This document shows positions 46,758 to 56,635 of a stretch of 64,000 nt of DNA, in pieces. Below the pieces are notes generated by a model, which saw nothing but the letters and a program-made list of their open reading frames with translations, made no database searches and was not told the DNA's origin. The DNA is from Candidatus Dormiibacterota bacterium (GTDB taxonomy: Bacteria; Chloroflexota; Dormibacteria; Aeolococcales; Bog-877): NCBI GenBank assembly GCA_035531555.1, contig DATKSR010000046.1:6702-70701 (forward strand), given 5' to 3'. The position numbers and the translations under genes are program-made. Each line of letters starts with the position of its first letter. Positions within the stretch are counted from its first letter, which is position 1.

Positions 46758-47804
46758 TTGACCGGGCCTACGATCACCGTCCTGCATGGCGACGAGACCG
46801 GCGAGGAGCTGCTGGTGGAGGCGCTCCGGATTCTCACGGCGCCGCAACTGGCCTCCCGGGTGCTGCTGGAGCACGTCGACCTCAGCCTCGCAGCCCGCCG
46901 CGCCACCGAGAACGGCGTGGTCCACCAGGCGGCTCAGATGATGAAGGTCAGCCACTTTGGCCTAAAGGCGGCCACGGTGACTCCAGAAGGAATCGGAGAG
47001 ATCGAGAGCCCCAACGCGATCCTGCGGGTGGAGGTGGGCGGCGACGTCATCGTCCGCACCGGCCGGCGGATTCCCGGGGTCGCGCCGCTGGGCGGTGTCC
47101 ACTCCCCGATCACCATCGTCCGGATGGCGGTGGACGACGCTTATGGGGCCATCGAGTGGCGGGAGGGCGAGGGCGCCGACGAGCTCGCTTTCCGGACCAC
47201 CAAGATCAGCCGGGAGCACTGCCGACGGGTCGCCGAGTACGCCTTCGTGGAGGCTGGCCGAACCGGCGCTACCGTCTTCGGAGGACCCAAGTTCACAGTC
47301 TCCCGGGTCTACGAGGGGATGCTCAAGGAGGAGATGGACGCGGCCGGCCAGCGGCACCCGGACGTCCGCTACGAGCCCCAGCTGATCGACGCCACCTTCG
47401 CCCTGCTGCTCACCCGCGATGACCGGCTGGTGATCCCCGCCCTCAATCGCGACGGCGACATACTCGCCGACCTGGTTCTCGCCCTCTACGGGAGCCTGGC
47501 CGGGAGCGAGTCTCTGCTGATCGGATTCGATGATTCCAGCCGTCCCAGCCTGCTCATGGCTGAGGCTCCCCACGGAACGGCCCCTGCCCTGGAGGGTCGG
47601 CACATCGCCAATCCGATGGCCATGATCCTGGCCGCCGCAGCACTGCTCGAGCACACTGGCGACACCTTCTTGGTGAAATTCGGTGGCCAGGTGCGAGACG
47701 CCACGATGGCGGCGGTTTTCGACGGCGTCCGCACGGCCGACTTGGGCGGGCACGCCCGAACCGAAGAGTTCACCGTGGCCGTATTGGAGCGCCTACCTAA
47801 CTGA
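46758..47804 (+). CDS. Isocitrate/isopropylmalate dehydrogenase-family protein
   Basis: C-terminal 348 aa of ORF 46461..47804. ITVLHGDETGEELL N-terminus, NRDGDILADLV, EAPHGTAP. TTG 46758 lies just after the upstream stop. Confidence 0.7.
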   Translation: MTGPTITVLHGDETGEELLVEALRILTAPQLASRVLLEHVDLSLAARRATENGVVHQAAQMMKVSHFGLKAATVTPEGIGEIESPNAILRVEVGGDVIVRTGRRIPGVAPLGGVHSPITIVRMAVDDAYGAIEWREGEGADELAFRTTKISREHCRRVAEYAFVEAGRTGATVFGGPKFTVSRVYEGMLKEEMDAAGQRHPDVRYEPQLIDATFALLLTRDDRLVIPALNRDGDILADLVLALYGSLAGSESLLIGFDDSSRPSLLMAEAPHGTAPALEGRHIANPMAMILAAAALLEHTGDTFLVKFGGQVRDATMAAVFDGVRTADLGGHARTEEFTVAVLERLPN

Positions 47805-47871
47805 GGAGTCCCGTTCGTTCTTCTCTCAGGGTGATCTCAGACGGGCTGGGTATACTTGGGTGGAGGAAGAG

Positions 47872-48216
47872 ATGGATATCTTGGCATTCCTGCGCGAGAG
47901 AGCTGGGGCCTTCCGCTGTCCCATGTGCCGGCGCTCTTTGGCTGACTGCAAGTTGAGGCAGCTCGACCACGAGGGCCAGAAGTACACCGTGGAGGTCACC
48001 TGCCGGAACTGTGAGCTCGCCTTCCTGGTGGCTCTGGAACTGGCGTCGGGCGACGACGCCGCGACCGGCGATGGCGAGCAGGAGCTGCAGCTGACGGCCA
48101 GCACGGATTCCGAAGCCGACCCCATCAGCAACGACGAACTCCTGGAGCTGCATCGGACGCTGAGCGGCCACGCGGGGCCCCTGACCGCGCTGCTCAAGGA
48201 GCGTGCCAACGACTGA
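47872..48216 (+). CDS. Small zinc-ribbon protein
   Basis: ATG 47872 preceded by GGAGGAAGAG. CPMC...CRNC pair. Acidic linker. 14-nt overlap with the desulfurase gene. Confidence 0.5.
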   Translation: MDILAFLRERAGAFRCPMCRRSLADCKLRQLDHEGQKYTVEVTCRNCELAFLVALELASGDDAATGDGEQELQLTASTDSEADPISNDELLELHRTLSGHAGPLTALLKERAND

Positions 48217-49399
48217 CGCCGGCGCCCGAGATGTGGCGCCCCTGAGCATCTATCTCGACCACGCCGCGACCACCCCGCTCCGGCGAGAGGTGCTGGATGC
48301 GATGGCGCCAGCGCTGACCGAAACCTTCGGTAACCCCTCCAGTGTTCATGGCGCCGGCCGGGCCGCCCGGGCCTTGATCGACTCCGCGCGGGACCAGCTG
48401 GCGGCGGTCCTAAATGCCCGCTCACGGGAGGTCGTCTTTACGGGAGGTGGCAGCGAGGCCGACAACCTCGCCCTCCGTGGAGTGGTTCATCGCCTGGGCA
48501 GGCAGGGGGGCCATCTGATCGTCTCCTCGATCGAGCACGAGGCGGTGCTGGAGACTGCCCGGGATCTCGGCCAGCTGGGGTTCGAGGTGACCGAACTTCC
48601 TGTCGACGCTGCCGGTCGCGTATCGCCGGCGACGCTCCAGGCGGCGCTCCGGCCCGACACCATCCTGGTCTCGGTGATGCTGGCCAACAACGAGGTGGGC
48701 ACCATCCAGCCGGTAAGAGAGCTGGCGGAGGTGACTCACTCCGGTTCGCGCGCGGTCTTCCACACCGATGCCACCCAGGCTCTAGGCAAGATCAAGTTGG
48801 ACGTACAGGAGCTGGGAGTCGACCTCCTTACGGTCTCCGCCCACAAGATCTACGGTCCCAAGGGAGTGGGCGCCCTGTTCGCTCGCCACGGAACCGGGTT
48901 GGATCCGATCATCACAGGTGGGGGACAGGAGCGGACCCGGCGTTCGGGGACGGAGAACGTGCCCGGGATCGTGGGCTTCGGAGTCGCGGCTGAGCTGGTG
49001 GAGGCCGAGCGGGAACAGGAGATGGAGCGCCAGTCCTGGCTAAGTGGTGATCTCAGCCGGCGGATCCAGTCGGGGGTGCCGGACGCCATCCCCACCGGCG
49101 CCCGGGCTGGCGAGCGGCTCGCCAATTTCTGCACCTTCGCTTTTCCGGGAGTCGAGGGAGAGCTGCTGCTCCTGCGGCTGGATCGAGCTGGGATCTGCGG
49201 GTCGGCAGGGTCGGCGTGCACCAGCGGCTCCCTGGCACCCTCCCACGTGCTGCTGGCGATGGGATTCTCACCGCAGCTGGCCTCAGCCCACCTGCGGCTT
49301 ACCTTGGGCCGGTCGACCACTCCCCGTGACGCTGAGCGCGCGGCCGAGCTCATCTGCCAGGAGGTGGCCGCCCTGCGCGAGCGGGCCGTCGCGGTTTAG
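48203..49399 (+). CDS. Cysteine desulfurase, NifS/IscS type
   Basis: LDHAATTPL, GNPSSVHG, SAHKIYGPKG (PLP-Lys), SAGSACTSG catalytic loop. Alternative GTG at 48233. Confidence 0.85.
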   Translation: MPTTDAGARDVAPLSIYLDHAATTPLRREVLDAMAPALTETFGNPSSVHGAGRAARALIDSARDQLAAVLNARSREVVFTGGGSEADNLALRGVVHRLGRQGGHLIVSSIEHEAVLETARDLGQLGFEVTELPVDAAGRVSPATLQAALRPDTILVSVMLANNEVGTIQPVRELAEVTHSGSRAVFHTDATQALGKIKLDVQELGVDLLTVSAHKIYGPKGVGALFARHGTGLDPIITGGGQERTRRSGTENVPGIVGFGVAAELVEAEREQEMERQSWLSGDLSRRIQSGVPDAIPTGARAGERLANFCTFAFPGVEGELLLLRLDRAGICGSAGSACTSGSLAPSHVLLAMGFSPQLASAHLRLTLGRSTTPRDAERAAELICQEVAALRERAVAV

Positions 49400-49493
49400 C
49401 GCTGGCGGTTTCGAAGAGACCCTAATTCTTCTTCCCTGACCGACTGAAAGGGCCGCGCCCGCCTTCTACGACCCGCCGCCGGCGCCTGGCGCC

Positions 49494-49499
49494 TAAAAT
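49494..49499 (+). promoter_or_regulatory. -10 box TAAAAT, 6 nt upstream of ATG 49506
   Basis: Read directly. Confidence 0.4.
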
Positions 49500-49505
49500 A
49501 GCCAT

Positions 49506-50027
49506 ATGTCAGTCGGATTTACCGGCCCGACGCCGGTTGCCATGCGGATATCGTCTCGCGCCCACTACGGGCTCCGGATGATGACCGAGCTGGCCAAGGC
49601 CCACGGCGGACCGCTGCTCAGCCTGGCGGAGATCGCTCGCCGGGAGGGCATGCCTCTCGCTTACCTGGAGCAGCTGGTGGCGCCGCTCCGGCGGGCCGGC
49701 CTAGTTGAGGGGACAAGGGGCCTGCACGGCGGCTACCGGCTCGCGCGGCCACCTCAAGACGTGACGGTTCTTGAGATCGTCGAGCTCATGGAGGGTCCGG
49801 TTGCTCCAGTTGAGTGCCTGGCCGAGAATTACCAGCCAGGAGCCTGCTCGCGGGAGCCGGAATGTCTCAGCCGTCCGCTATGGGGCCGACTTCAGCAGGC
49901 GGTCCAGCAGGTGCTGGGGGGCACCACTCTCTCCGACATGATGCGAGAGCCGGGATTCTTCGAGCCGGAGTGCCCGGTTGCGAGCCTTCCGGCCCACTTG
50001 GTCGAAAGGCAGCCGGCAGGTGTCTGA
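49506..50027 (+). CDS. Rrf2-family transcriptional regulator (IscR-like)
   Basis: MRISSRAHYGLRMMTELA, GGYRLARP, C-x-C...C cluster region (ECL...GACSREPEC). Canonical Rrf2 N-terminus begins at ATG 49542. Confidence 0.85.
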   Translation: MSVGFTGPTPVAMRISSRAHYGLRMMTELAKAHGGPLLSLAEIARREGMPLAYLEQLVAPLRRAGLVEGTRGLHGGYRLARPPQDVTVLEIVELMEGPVAPVECLAENYQPGACSREPECLSRPLWGRLQQAVQQVLGGTTLSDMMREPGFFEPECPVASLPAHLVERQPAGV

Positions 50028-50817
50028 GCTCAAGTTGACGCAAGCTCAGCTTGAAGTTCGCGACCTCAAGGTAGCGGTCGACGGCAAGCAGATCCTCTCC
50101 GGAGTGAGCCTGTCAGTTCCCCAAGGAGAGGTGCATGCCCTGATGGGCCCGAACGGGGCGGGCAAGACCAGTCTGGGGTACGCCGTCATGGGGCACCCCA
50201 AATATCAGGTCACGGGAGGCGAGATCCGCTGGAAGGATCAGAGCCTGCTGGGGATGCTCCCCGAGGATCGGGCCAGGATGGGCCTTTTCCTCAGCCTTCA
50301 GTACCCGACTGCGATCCCCGGGGTGACCACTGTCAACTTCCTGCGGGCGGCGCTCAAGGGGCAGGGCAAGGCGCTTCCCGCCCGCGACTTCTTGAAGCTG
50401 GTCCGGGAGCAGATGGCCGCGCTAAAGATGGACACGGCCTTCATGTCGCGCTATATCAACGACAACTTCTCCGGCGGCGAGAAAAAGCGCATGGAGATCG
50501 TCCAGCTGGCGGTGCTCCGCCCGGAGATGGCGATCCTCGACGAGACTGACAGTGGGCTCGATGTCGACGCCTTGCGCACCGTTGCCGAAGGGGTCAACCG
50601 GGTGCGCAGCGACGGCATGGGCGTCCTGATCATCACCCATTACCAAAGGATCCTGGACTACATCAAGCCCGACCGGGTCCATGTGATGGCGGCCGGTCGG
50701 GTGATCGCCTCGGGGGGCGGTGAGTTGGTGGACCAGATCGAAAAGGACGGCTATGACCCGATGCTCCGCGAGGCCGGGTTGGAGATCGACGCCACGGCGG
50801 CGGCCGTGGCGGGGTAA
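50020..50817 (+). CDS. sufC: Fe-S cluster assembly ATPase SufC
   Basis: ORF 49978..50817. GPNGAGKTSL, FSGGEKKRMEIVQL, AILDETDSGLD. Start at GTG 50020. Confidence 0.9.
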   Translation: MSELKLTQAQLEVRDLKVAVDGKQILSGVSLSVPQGEVHALMGPNGAGKTSLGYAVMGHPKYQVTGGEIRWKDQSLLGMLPEDRARMGLFLSLQYPTAIPGVTTVNFLRAALKGQGKALPARDFLKLVREQMAALKMDTAFMSRYINDNFSGGEKKRMEIVQLAVLRPEMAILDETDSGLDVDALRTVAEGVNRVRSDGMGVLIITHYQRILDYIKPDRVHVMAAGRVIASGGGELVDQIEKDGYDPMLREAGLEIDATAAAVAG

Positions 50818-50877
50818 AATACCCAATATCAGGTCGGAATAACTCCTCCGGGTGGGGATAAAGCGAGGAAGGATCAA

Positions 50878-52278
50878 ATGGCAGTCGCCGCGAAGGACCT
50901 GACCAAGGACTACAAGTACGGCTTCAACGACGGTGACGAGTTCGTCTTCCGAGCCGAGCGTGGGCTCTCGCCAGAAGTGGTGGCGGACATCTCGCGGCGC
51001 AAGTCGGAGCCGGCCTGGATGCTGGAGTTCCGGCTCAAGGCCCTGGAGCACTTCCGCCAGCGCCCCATGCCGAGCTGGGGCGCTGATCTGAGCGGAATCG
51101 ACTTCGACGACATCTATTACTACGTGCGCCCGGCCGAGGAGCAGGGCCGCACCTGGGACGAGGTGCCCGAGGGCATCAAGCGGACCTTCGACCGCCTGGG
51201 CATTCCCGAGGCGGAGCGGAAGTTCCTGGCTGGGGTCTCAGCTCAGTACGAGAGCGAGGTCGTCTACCACTCAATTCGCGAGGACCTGGAGAAGCTGGGA
51301 GTCCTGTTCTGTGACTGCGACACCGGGTTGCGCGAGCACCCGGAGATCTTCCGCAAGTACTTCGGGACGGTCATCCCGCCCAACGACAACAAGTTCGCCG
51401 CCCTGAATTCGGCGGTCTGGTCGGGGGGTTCGTTCGTCTACGTTCCCAAAGGAGTTCGGGTCGAGATCCCGTTGCAGGCCTACTTCCGGATCAACACAGA
51501 GAGCATGGGCCAGTTCGAGCGGACCCTGATCATCGCCGAGGAAGACAGCTTCGTTCACTACATCGAGGGTTGCACCGCCCCTACCTACAGCAAGGACTCG
51601 CTCCACTCGGCGGTGGTGGAGATCATCGCCATGCCCAACTCGCATGTGCGCTACACGACCATCCAGAACTGGTCCAACAACGTCTACAACCTGGTCACCA
51701 AGCGGGCGATCGCCAAGGAGCACTCCGTAGTGGAGTGGATCGACGGCAACCTGGGCAGCAAGGTGACCATGAAGTACCCATCGATCTACCTCATGGGCGA
51801 AGGCGCGCACGGCGAGGTCCTCTCGGTGGCCTTCGCTGGTGACGGTCAGCACCAGGACGCCGGGGCCAAGGTAATCCACGTGGCTCCCAATACCACCAGC
51901 ACCATCGTTAGCAAGTCGGTCAGCAAGGGCACGGGGCGCACCTCGTACCGCGGCCACTTGAAGGTTTATCCCAAGGCCCACAACGTGCGTTCCAGCGTCC
52001 GCTGCGACGCGCTCCTGCTCGATGAGCAGGCCCGCAGCGACACCTATCCCTACATGGACGTGGAAGCTGAGGACGTCCAGATCGGCCACGAGGCGACCGT
52101 GAGCAAGGTCGGCGACGAGCAACTCTTCTACCTGCAGTCGAGGGGAATCTCGGAGCAGGAGGCGACCGCGATGATCGTCAACGGCTTCATCGAGCCCTTC
52201 GTGAAGGAGCTGCCGATGGAGTACGCCCTGGAGCTCAACCGCCTGATCTCCCTGCAGATGGAGGGCAGCGTCGGGTGA
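50878..52278 (+). CDS. sufB: Fe-S cluster assembly protein SufB
   Basis: 466 aa. [38 protein letters not shown]. Confidence 0.95.
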   Translation: MAVAAKDLTKDYKYGFNDGDEFVFRAERGLSPEVVADISRRKSEPAWMLEFRLKALEHFRQRPMPSWGADLSGIDFDDIYYYVRPAEEQGRTWDEVPEGIKRTFDRLGIPEAERKFLAGVSAQYESEVVYHSIREDLEKLGVLFCDCDTGLREHPEIFRKYFGTVIPPNDNKFAALNSAVWSGGSFVYVPKGVRVEIPLQAYFRINTESMGQFERTLIIAEEDSFVHYIEGCTAPTYSKDSLHSAVVEIIAMPNSHVRYTTIQNWSNNVYNLVTKRAIAKEHSVVEWIDGNLGSKVTMKYPSIYLMGEGAHGEVLSVAFAGDGQHQDAGAKVIHVAPNTTSTIVSKSVSKGTGRTSYRGHLKVYPKAHNVRSSVRCDALLLDEQARSDTYPYMDVEAEDVQIGHEATVSKVGDEQLFYLQSRGISEQEATAMIVNGFIEPFVKELPMEYALELNRLISLQMEGSVG

Positions 52279-52326
52279 GCCTACCCTCCCGGAGGGCGGT
52301 TCGCCCTCGGAGCAGCTGAGCTGGTC

Positions 52327-53691
52327 TTGACCGAGACCCCCGCCTCTTCCCGCATGACGCGTGAAGAGGCGGTCGCAGTCGCCCTGGCTGGCGGGGATCC
52401 CGCCTGGCTGGCGGGCCTCCGGCAGACGGCGCTCTCCGCCTACCGGGAGGTTCCCTGGCCGTCTTCCGCCAGGGACGAGGATTGGCGGCGAACCCCTCAG
52501 ATCGACAAGCTCGACCCTGCCAAATTCGCCGAGCCGCAGGATCTAGGCGCAGGCGAGCTCCCCCCGTACCTGCAGGCAGCGCTGGACGGCCCGCTCTCGG
52601 CGGGGGACATATCTGCGTTCGTGATCTCCGACGAGCGGGGAAACCTCCATCCATCCCAGCCGGTGGCCTCGCGCGCCGCCTATCCGATCGCCCAGGAGCT
52701 GGCGGGGGGCCTCGCCGCCGAGGCCGAGGTATGGCAGTCCGTTGCGGGTAAGGTCGCCCCACCTGGACTCCGTAAGTGGATCTCCCTAAACACTGTCCGG
52801 ACCCGTGGCGGCGCCTGCGTCCACGTAGCCCGTGGCCAGCAGCCCGAGGGGTACGTCCGGCTCCTGCATGGAGTGAGCCAGGGCAGTGCCAGCTTCCCTC
52901 GCACTCTGATCAAGCTGGAGGAGGGAGCGAGCCTCACCGTAGTCGAGGAGTGGGTGTCACCGGCAGACGATCCCTCGCTGCTGGCGCCGGTGGTCGAAGT
53001 GGAGCTGGCCCGTGGGGCCCATCTCACCCACGTGTTCCTCCAGCAGTGCGGCGATCAGACGGTTGTGCAATCGACGGTTCGCGCCCAGGTCGGTCAGGAG
53101 GCCCGCTACGACGTTCGCTGGAACATGGTCGGAGCTGCCTGGCAGAAGTCCTACTTCGAGGTCCTGATGTTGGGCGAAGGCTCCGACACGCGCCTGGTGG
53201 GACTCTGCGTCGGCCGCCAGCGCCAGCACTACGACGTCCAGACCCTGCAGGATCACGTGGCCCGGGGCGCGGTGAGCGACCTCCTCTATCGAGTCGCGGT
53301 AGCCGACCGATCACGCTCGGTGTACGCCGGATTGATCCGAGTTGAAGAGGGAGCCCAGAAGACCAACGCTTACGTGCAGAACCGCAACCTCCTGCTGAGC
53401 CCGCAGGCCAAGTCCGACAGCAATCCCACCCTCGAGATCCTGGCCAACGACGTCCGCTGCACCCATGGATCGACGGCCGGGCGGATCGACGACAACCAGC
53501 TCTTCTACTGCGAGAGCCGGGGGATCGAGCGGGAGCAGGCGCGGCGCCTGATCGTCGAAGGATTCTTCGCCGACGTCGTCGACTCGTTTCCCGAGGGCAC
53601 CCTCCGCGAGTGCGGCCGCGGCGTGGTGCTGGAGGCGCTGGAGGAGCTCGCCAGGTCGGGAGCACTGGCCAGCACAAGTCGATCTGCCTGA
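52327..53691 (+). CDS. sufD: Fe-S cluster assembly protein SufD
   Basis: 454 aa. C-terminal RCTHGSTAGRIDDNQLFYCESRGI. Position after sufB. Confidence 0.85.
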   Translation: MTETPASSRMTREEAVAVALAGGDPAWLAGLRQTALSAYREVPWPSSARDEDWRRTPQIDKLDPAKFAEPQDLGAGELPPYLQAALDGPLSAGDISAFVISDERGNLHPSQPVASRAAYPIAQELAGGLAAEAEVWQSVAGKVAPPGLRKWISLNTVRTRGGACVHVARGQQPEGYVRLLHGVSQGSASFPRTLIKLEEGASLTVVEEWVSPADDPSLLAPVVEVELARGAHLTHVFLQQCGDQTVVQSTVRAQVGQEARYDVRWNMVGAAWQKSYFEVLMLGEGSDTRLVGLCVGRQRQHYDVQTLQDHVARGAVSDLLYRVAVADRSRSVYAGLIRVEEGAQKTNAYVQNRNLLLSPQAKSDSNPTLEILANDVRCTHGSTAGRIDDNQLFYCESRGIEREQARRLIVEGFFADVVDSFPEGTLRECGRGVVLEALEELARSGALASTSRSA

Positions 53692-54020
53692 TGGCGGAGT
53701 GGATTCGGATCTGCGATGCGGAGGCCATCCCCCCGGACCACGCGGCCCGGGTGGAGATCGGCGACCTGCCGATCGCGGTCTTTAACGTAAACGGCAGCTT
53801 TCACTGCCTGGACGACACCTGCAGCCACGCCATGGCGTCTCTATCCGAGGGCGAGCTCCACCCCAAGACCTGCGCCATCGAATGTCCCTTGCACGGCAGC
53901 CAATTCCATCTAGAAACGGGCGAGCCGATCGGGCTGCCTGCGGTCGAGCCGGTGCGCGTACACCAGGTGGAACTGCGCGGTGGTGAGCTCTGGGTCGCGC
54001 TCAGCGAGGAAGAGCTGTGA
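53691..54020 (+). CDS. Rieske [2Fe-2S] ferredoxin-like protein
   Basis: C-terminal 109 aa of ORF 53610..54020. CSHAMASL...CPLHGSQF Rieske motifs. TGATG junction with sufD. Confidence 0.85.
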   Translation: MAEWIRICDAEAIPPDHAARVEIGDLPIAVFNVNGSFHCLDDTCSHAMASLSEGELHPKTCAIECPLHGSQFHLETGEPIGLPAVEPVRVHQVELRGGELWVALSEEEL

Positions 54021-55252
54021 TGCCGGCGCCGACGCTCGAGGCCGCTCGGATTCGCGCCGACTTCCCCATCCTCCAGGAGCAGGTGAACGGACGCCAGCTC
54101 GTCTACCTCGACAGCGCAGCCACCTCCCAGAAGCCAGCGGCGGTGATCGACGCCGTCTCGGACTATTACCGCCACGCCAATGCCAACGTCCATCGTGGAA
54201 TCCACGTCCTGGGGGAACGGGCGACCGAGATCTTCGAGGGGGCGCGCGAGTCGGTGGCGCGCCTGGTGGGAGCGGATCCCCGCGGCGTGGTGTTCGTGCG
54301 CAACACCACCGAGGGAGTCAACCTGGTGGCCCAAGCCTTCGCCCGCGAGCGGTTCGGGCCTCAGGACCGGATCCTCTGCACCGAGATGGAGCACCACTCC
54401 AACCTCGTCCCCTGGCAGCGGGTCCGCGACCAGACCGGTTGCCAGCTGGAGTTCATTCCGGTGAACTCGGATGGGCGCCTGGACGCGGAGGCGACCGCCC
54501 GCCTGCTGCGGGCTCCCACCCGGCTGCTGGCGCTCACCCACGTGAGCAACGTCCTCGGGACCATCAATCCTGTCGCCGAACTGATCACCCAGGCCCATGC
54601 CGAGGGGATCACGGTGCTGGTCGACGGGGCCCAGGCGGTGCCGCACATGCCTGTCGACATCGGCCTCCTGGACGCCGACTTCTACGCCTTCTCCGCGCAC
54701 AAGATGTGCGGGCCGACCGGGATTGGCGTGCTGTACGGCCGCCCCGAACTGCTGGAGGCGATGCCACCATTCCTCACCGGTGGCTCAATGATCTCGGTGG
54801 TGACCCTGGAGAAGACCACCTGGGATGAGATCCCCCACAAGTTCGAGGCGGGCACCCCGGACATCGCGGGCGCCGCCGGGCTTCAGGCAGCGGTCGGCTA
54901 TCTCGAGCAGGTGACCATGCCGGCCATCTTCCGCCACGGTGCCGAGCTAACCGAGTACGCGGACGAGATGCTCTCGGAGGTCCCGGGCCTGACTCGGTAC
55001 GGCCCCCGGGGTGCGGACCAGTTGGGGATCGTGTCCTTCAACCTGGAGGGAGTCCATCCCCATGATGTGGGCACGATCGTGGACCGTTGCGGGGTGGCCA
55101 TCCGAGCCGGGCACCACTGCTGTCAGCCGTTGATGCGCCGGCTCCAGGTGGCGGCCACCGCCAGGGCCAGTTTCTACCTCTACAACACTCGCGACGATGT
55201 CGACGCGCTGGTCTCCGCGCTGGGCGAGGCCAACCGCATCTTCGGCAGCTGA
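54017..55252 (+). CDS. sufS: Cysteine desulfurase SufS
   Basis: 411 aa. YLDSAATSQKP, HRGIH, FSAHKMCGPTGIG, RAGHHCCQPL. Confidence 0.9.
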   Translation: MMPAPTLEAARIRADFPILQEQVNGRQLVYLDSAATSQKPAAVIDAVSDYYRHANANVHRGIHVLGERATEIFEGARESVARLVGADPRGVVFVRNTTEGVNLVAQAFARERFGPQDRILCTEMEHHSNLVPWQRVRDQTGCQLEFIPVNSDGRLDAEATARLLRAPTRLLALTHVSNVLGTINPVAELITQAHAEGITVLVDGAQAVPHMPVDIGLLDADFYAFSAHKMCGPTGIGVLYGRPELLEAMPPFLTGGSMISVVTLEKTTWDEIPHKFEAGTPDIAGAAGLQAAVGYLEQVTMPAIFRHGAELTEYADEMLSEVPGLTRYGPRGADQLGIVSFNLEGVHPHDVGTIVDRCGVAIRAGHHCCQPLMRRLQVAATARASFYLYNTRDDVDALVSALGEANRIFGS

Positions 55253-55259
55253 GCCGCTC

Positions 55260-55544
55260 TCAGCATCCGCCGCTCACGGACTGGAGGATGGTGATGCGGT
55301 CACCCTCTGCCACCGGGTTCGCGAGCTCGGCGGCGTCACGAACCAGCTCTTGATTGTGGAACACGTTCACATTCTTGCGCGGACGTCCGTGCTCATCTGA
55401 TAGGTGTCCACGCAGCAACGGATGACGCGCCAGCGCGGCGTCCAAGGCTTGGCCAACACTGGCGGCGGTGACCGAGAACTCCACCTCTCCTTTGGTGAAA
55501 TCCCGCAACAAGCCTGGGATCCAAACGGTGACGGTGGACATCAC
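55260..55544 (-). CDS. MoaD/ThiS-family ubiquitin-like sulfur-carrier protein ending GG-Cys
   Basis: 94 aa. MoaD-like spacing, NQELV...GDRITILQSVSGGC*. GTGA overlap with the upstream BNR gene. Confidence 0.75.
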   Translation of the reverse strand: MMSTVTVWIPGLLRDFTKGEVEFSVTAASVGQALDAALARHPLLRGHLSDEHGRPRKNVNVFHNQELVRDAAELANPVAEGDRITILQSVSGGC

Positions 55545-56635
55545 TCAGCGGCGATGGCCCGCACGCTGAGGATGCGCGGGAACACCCCTGGTAAACGACG
55601 CCAGCGGTCTCCCGTGTCCCAGGTGGCGTAGAGCTCGCCACTGGTTGTTCCGAAGTACACCGACTCCGTATCGCCGACCCCGGCAGTGAGCGCGTCACGC
55701 AGCACGGCCCCGTAGTTACTGGCTGGCATGCCCTTTCCGCACTCCCCCCAACTATCACCGTTATCTGAGGAGCGATACGCGCAGAGGCGCCCATCCATCG
55801 GGACCCGCACCTCATCACTGGTGAGCGGCACCACGAACAGCGTCGACGGGGAACGGTCGAGGACGGCCATCCCGAAGCCGAAACGTGAAGGCAGTCCGGT
55901 CTCGATTCGCTCCCACTGGTCACCGGCATCGAATGACCGGTAGACCCCGGTGTGGTTCTGCTGGTAGAGGTGGTCGGGATCGGAGGGGTCCTGCACCAGC
56001 CGGTGCACGCAGCGGTTCAGCTCGGAGTACTTAGGCTCCTCTGCCTCTACGGCAGCGGTCACCCCTTGATTCTTTACGTTCCAGGTGGACCCGTCATCGT
56101 CGCTGCGCAGCGTGCCGACCGAGGAGATCCCCACGGTGATCCGGCCCGGCCGGCGACCGTCCGTGAGCACGGTGTGGAGGCACAGCCCGCCAAAACCGGG
56201 CAGCCAACCGGCCCTGGTGGGGTGGTCGGTGATCGAGGTGTACTCGCGCCAGGTCAGGGCCCGGTCGTCCCAGCGGAAGAGCCCGGCCTGGGCGACGCCC
56301 GCCACCAGTTCGCCTGATTCGGCCAGTCGATGCAGGGTCCAGATCCGCTCCACGGTGGGCCTATGGTCGCCGGCGGTGAAGCCGGGACCGGAGCCGAGAG
56401 GCTCCCAGGACTCGCCACCGTCGAGGCTGCGGCGCACATGGGGGCCGTAGACGTAGCTGCCCAAGCCCGCCAGGAGCTCAAGCCGACCGTCCCGCTGCTC
56501 CAGGAGCACGGTGGTGGACTCCCAGCCGGCCAGGTAGGGGCCGCGGAGCCCCCAGTCGGCCGTCGCTGGGTCCGGCCCCTGCTGCTCCAGGATGAACAGA
56601 CCCTTGATGGTGCCGACCGCGATAGTCCTCATCAC
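55541..56635 (-). CDS. BNR/Asp-box repeat beta-propeller protein (sialidase-like fold)
   Basis: 364 aa. Asp-boxes SLDGGESW, SDDDGSTW, SFDAGDQW, SSDNGDSW, TWDTGDRW. GGAGGG upstream of ATG 56632 / GTG 56635. Confidence 0.7.
   Translation of the reverse strand: MMRTIAVGTIKGLFILEQQGPDPATADWGLRGPYLAGWESTTVLLEQRDGRLELLAGLGSYVYGPHVRRSLDGGESWEPLGSGPGFTAGDHRPTVERIWTLHRLAESGELVAGVAQAGLFRWDDRALTWREYTSITDHPTRAGWLPGFGGLCLHTVLTDGRRPGRITVGISSVGTLRSDDDGSTWNVKNQGVTAAVEAEEPKYSELNRCVHRLVQDPSDPDHLYQQNHTGVYRSFDAGDQWERIETGLPSRFGFGMAVLDRSPSTLFVVPLTSDEVRVPMDGRLCAYRSSDNGDSWGECGKGMPASNYGAVLRDALTAGVGDTESVYFGTTSGELYATWDTGDRWRRLPGVFPRILSVRAIAAE

Noticed and set aside
45311-46906. 531-aa minus-strand ORF. Similar long antisense ORFs occur at 20183-21001, 26265-27131, 36231-37211, 41139-42041, 57757-58833 and 7211-7957.
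   Set aside because: Arg/Ser/Ala/Gly/Pro-rich low-complexity translations lying antisense to well-supported genes. This is a typical high-GC open-frame artefact.
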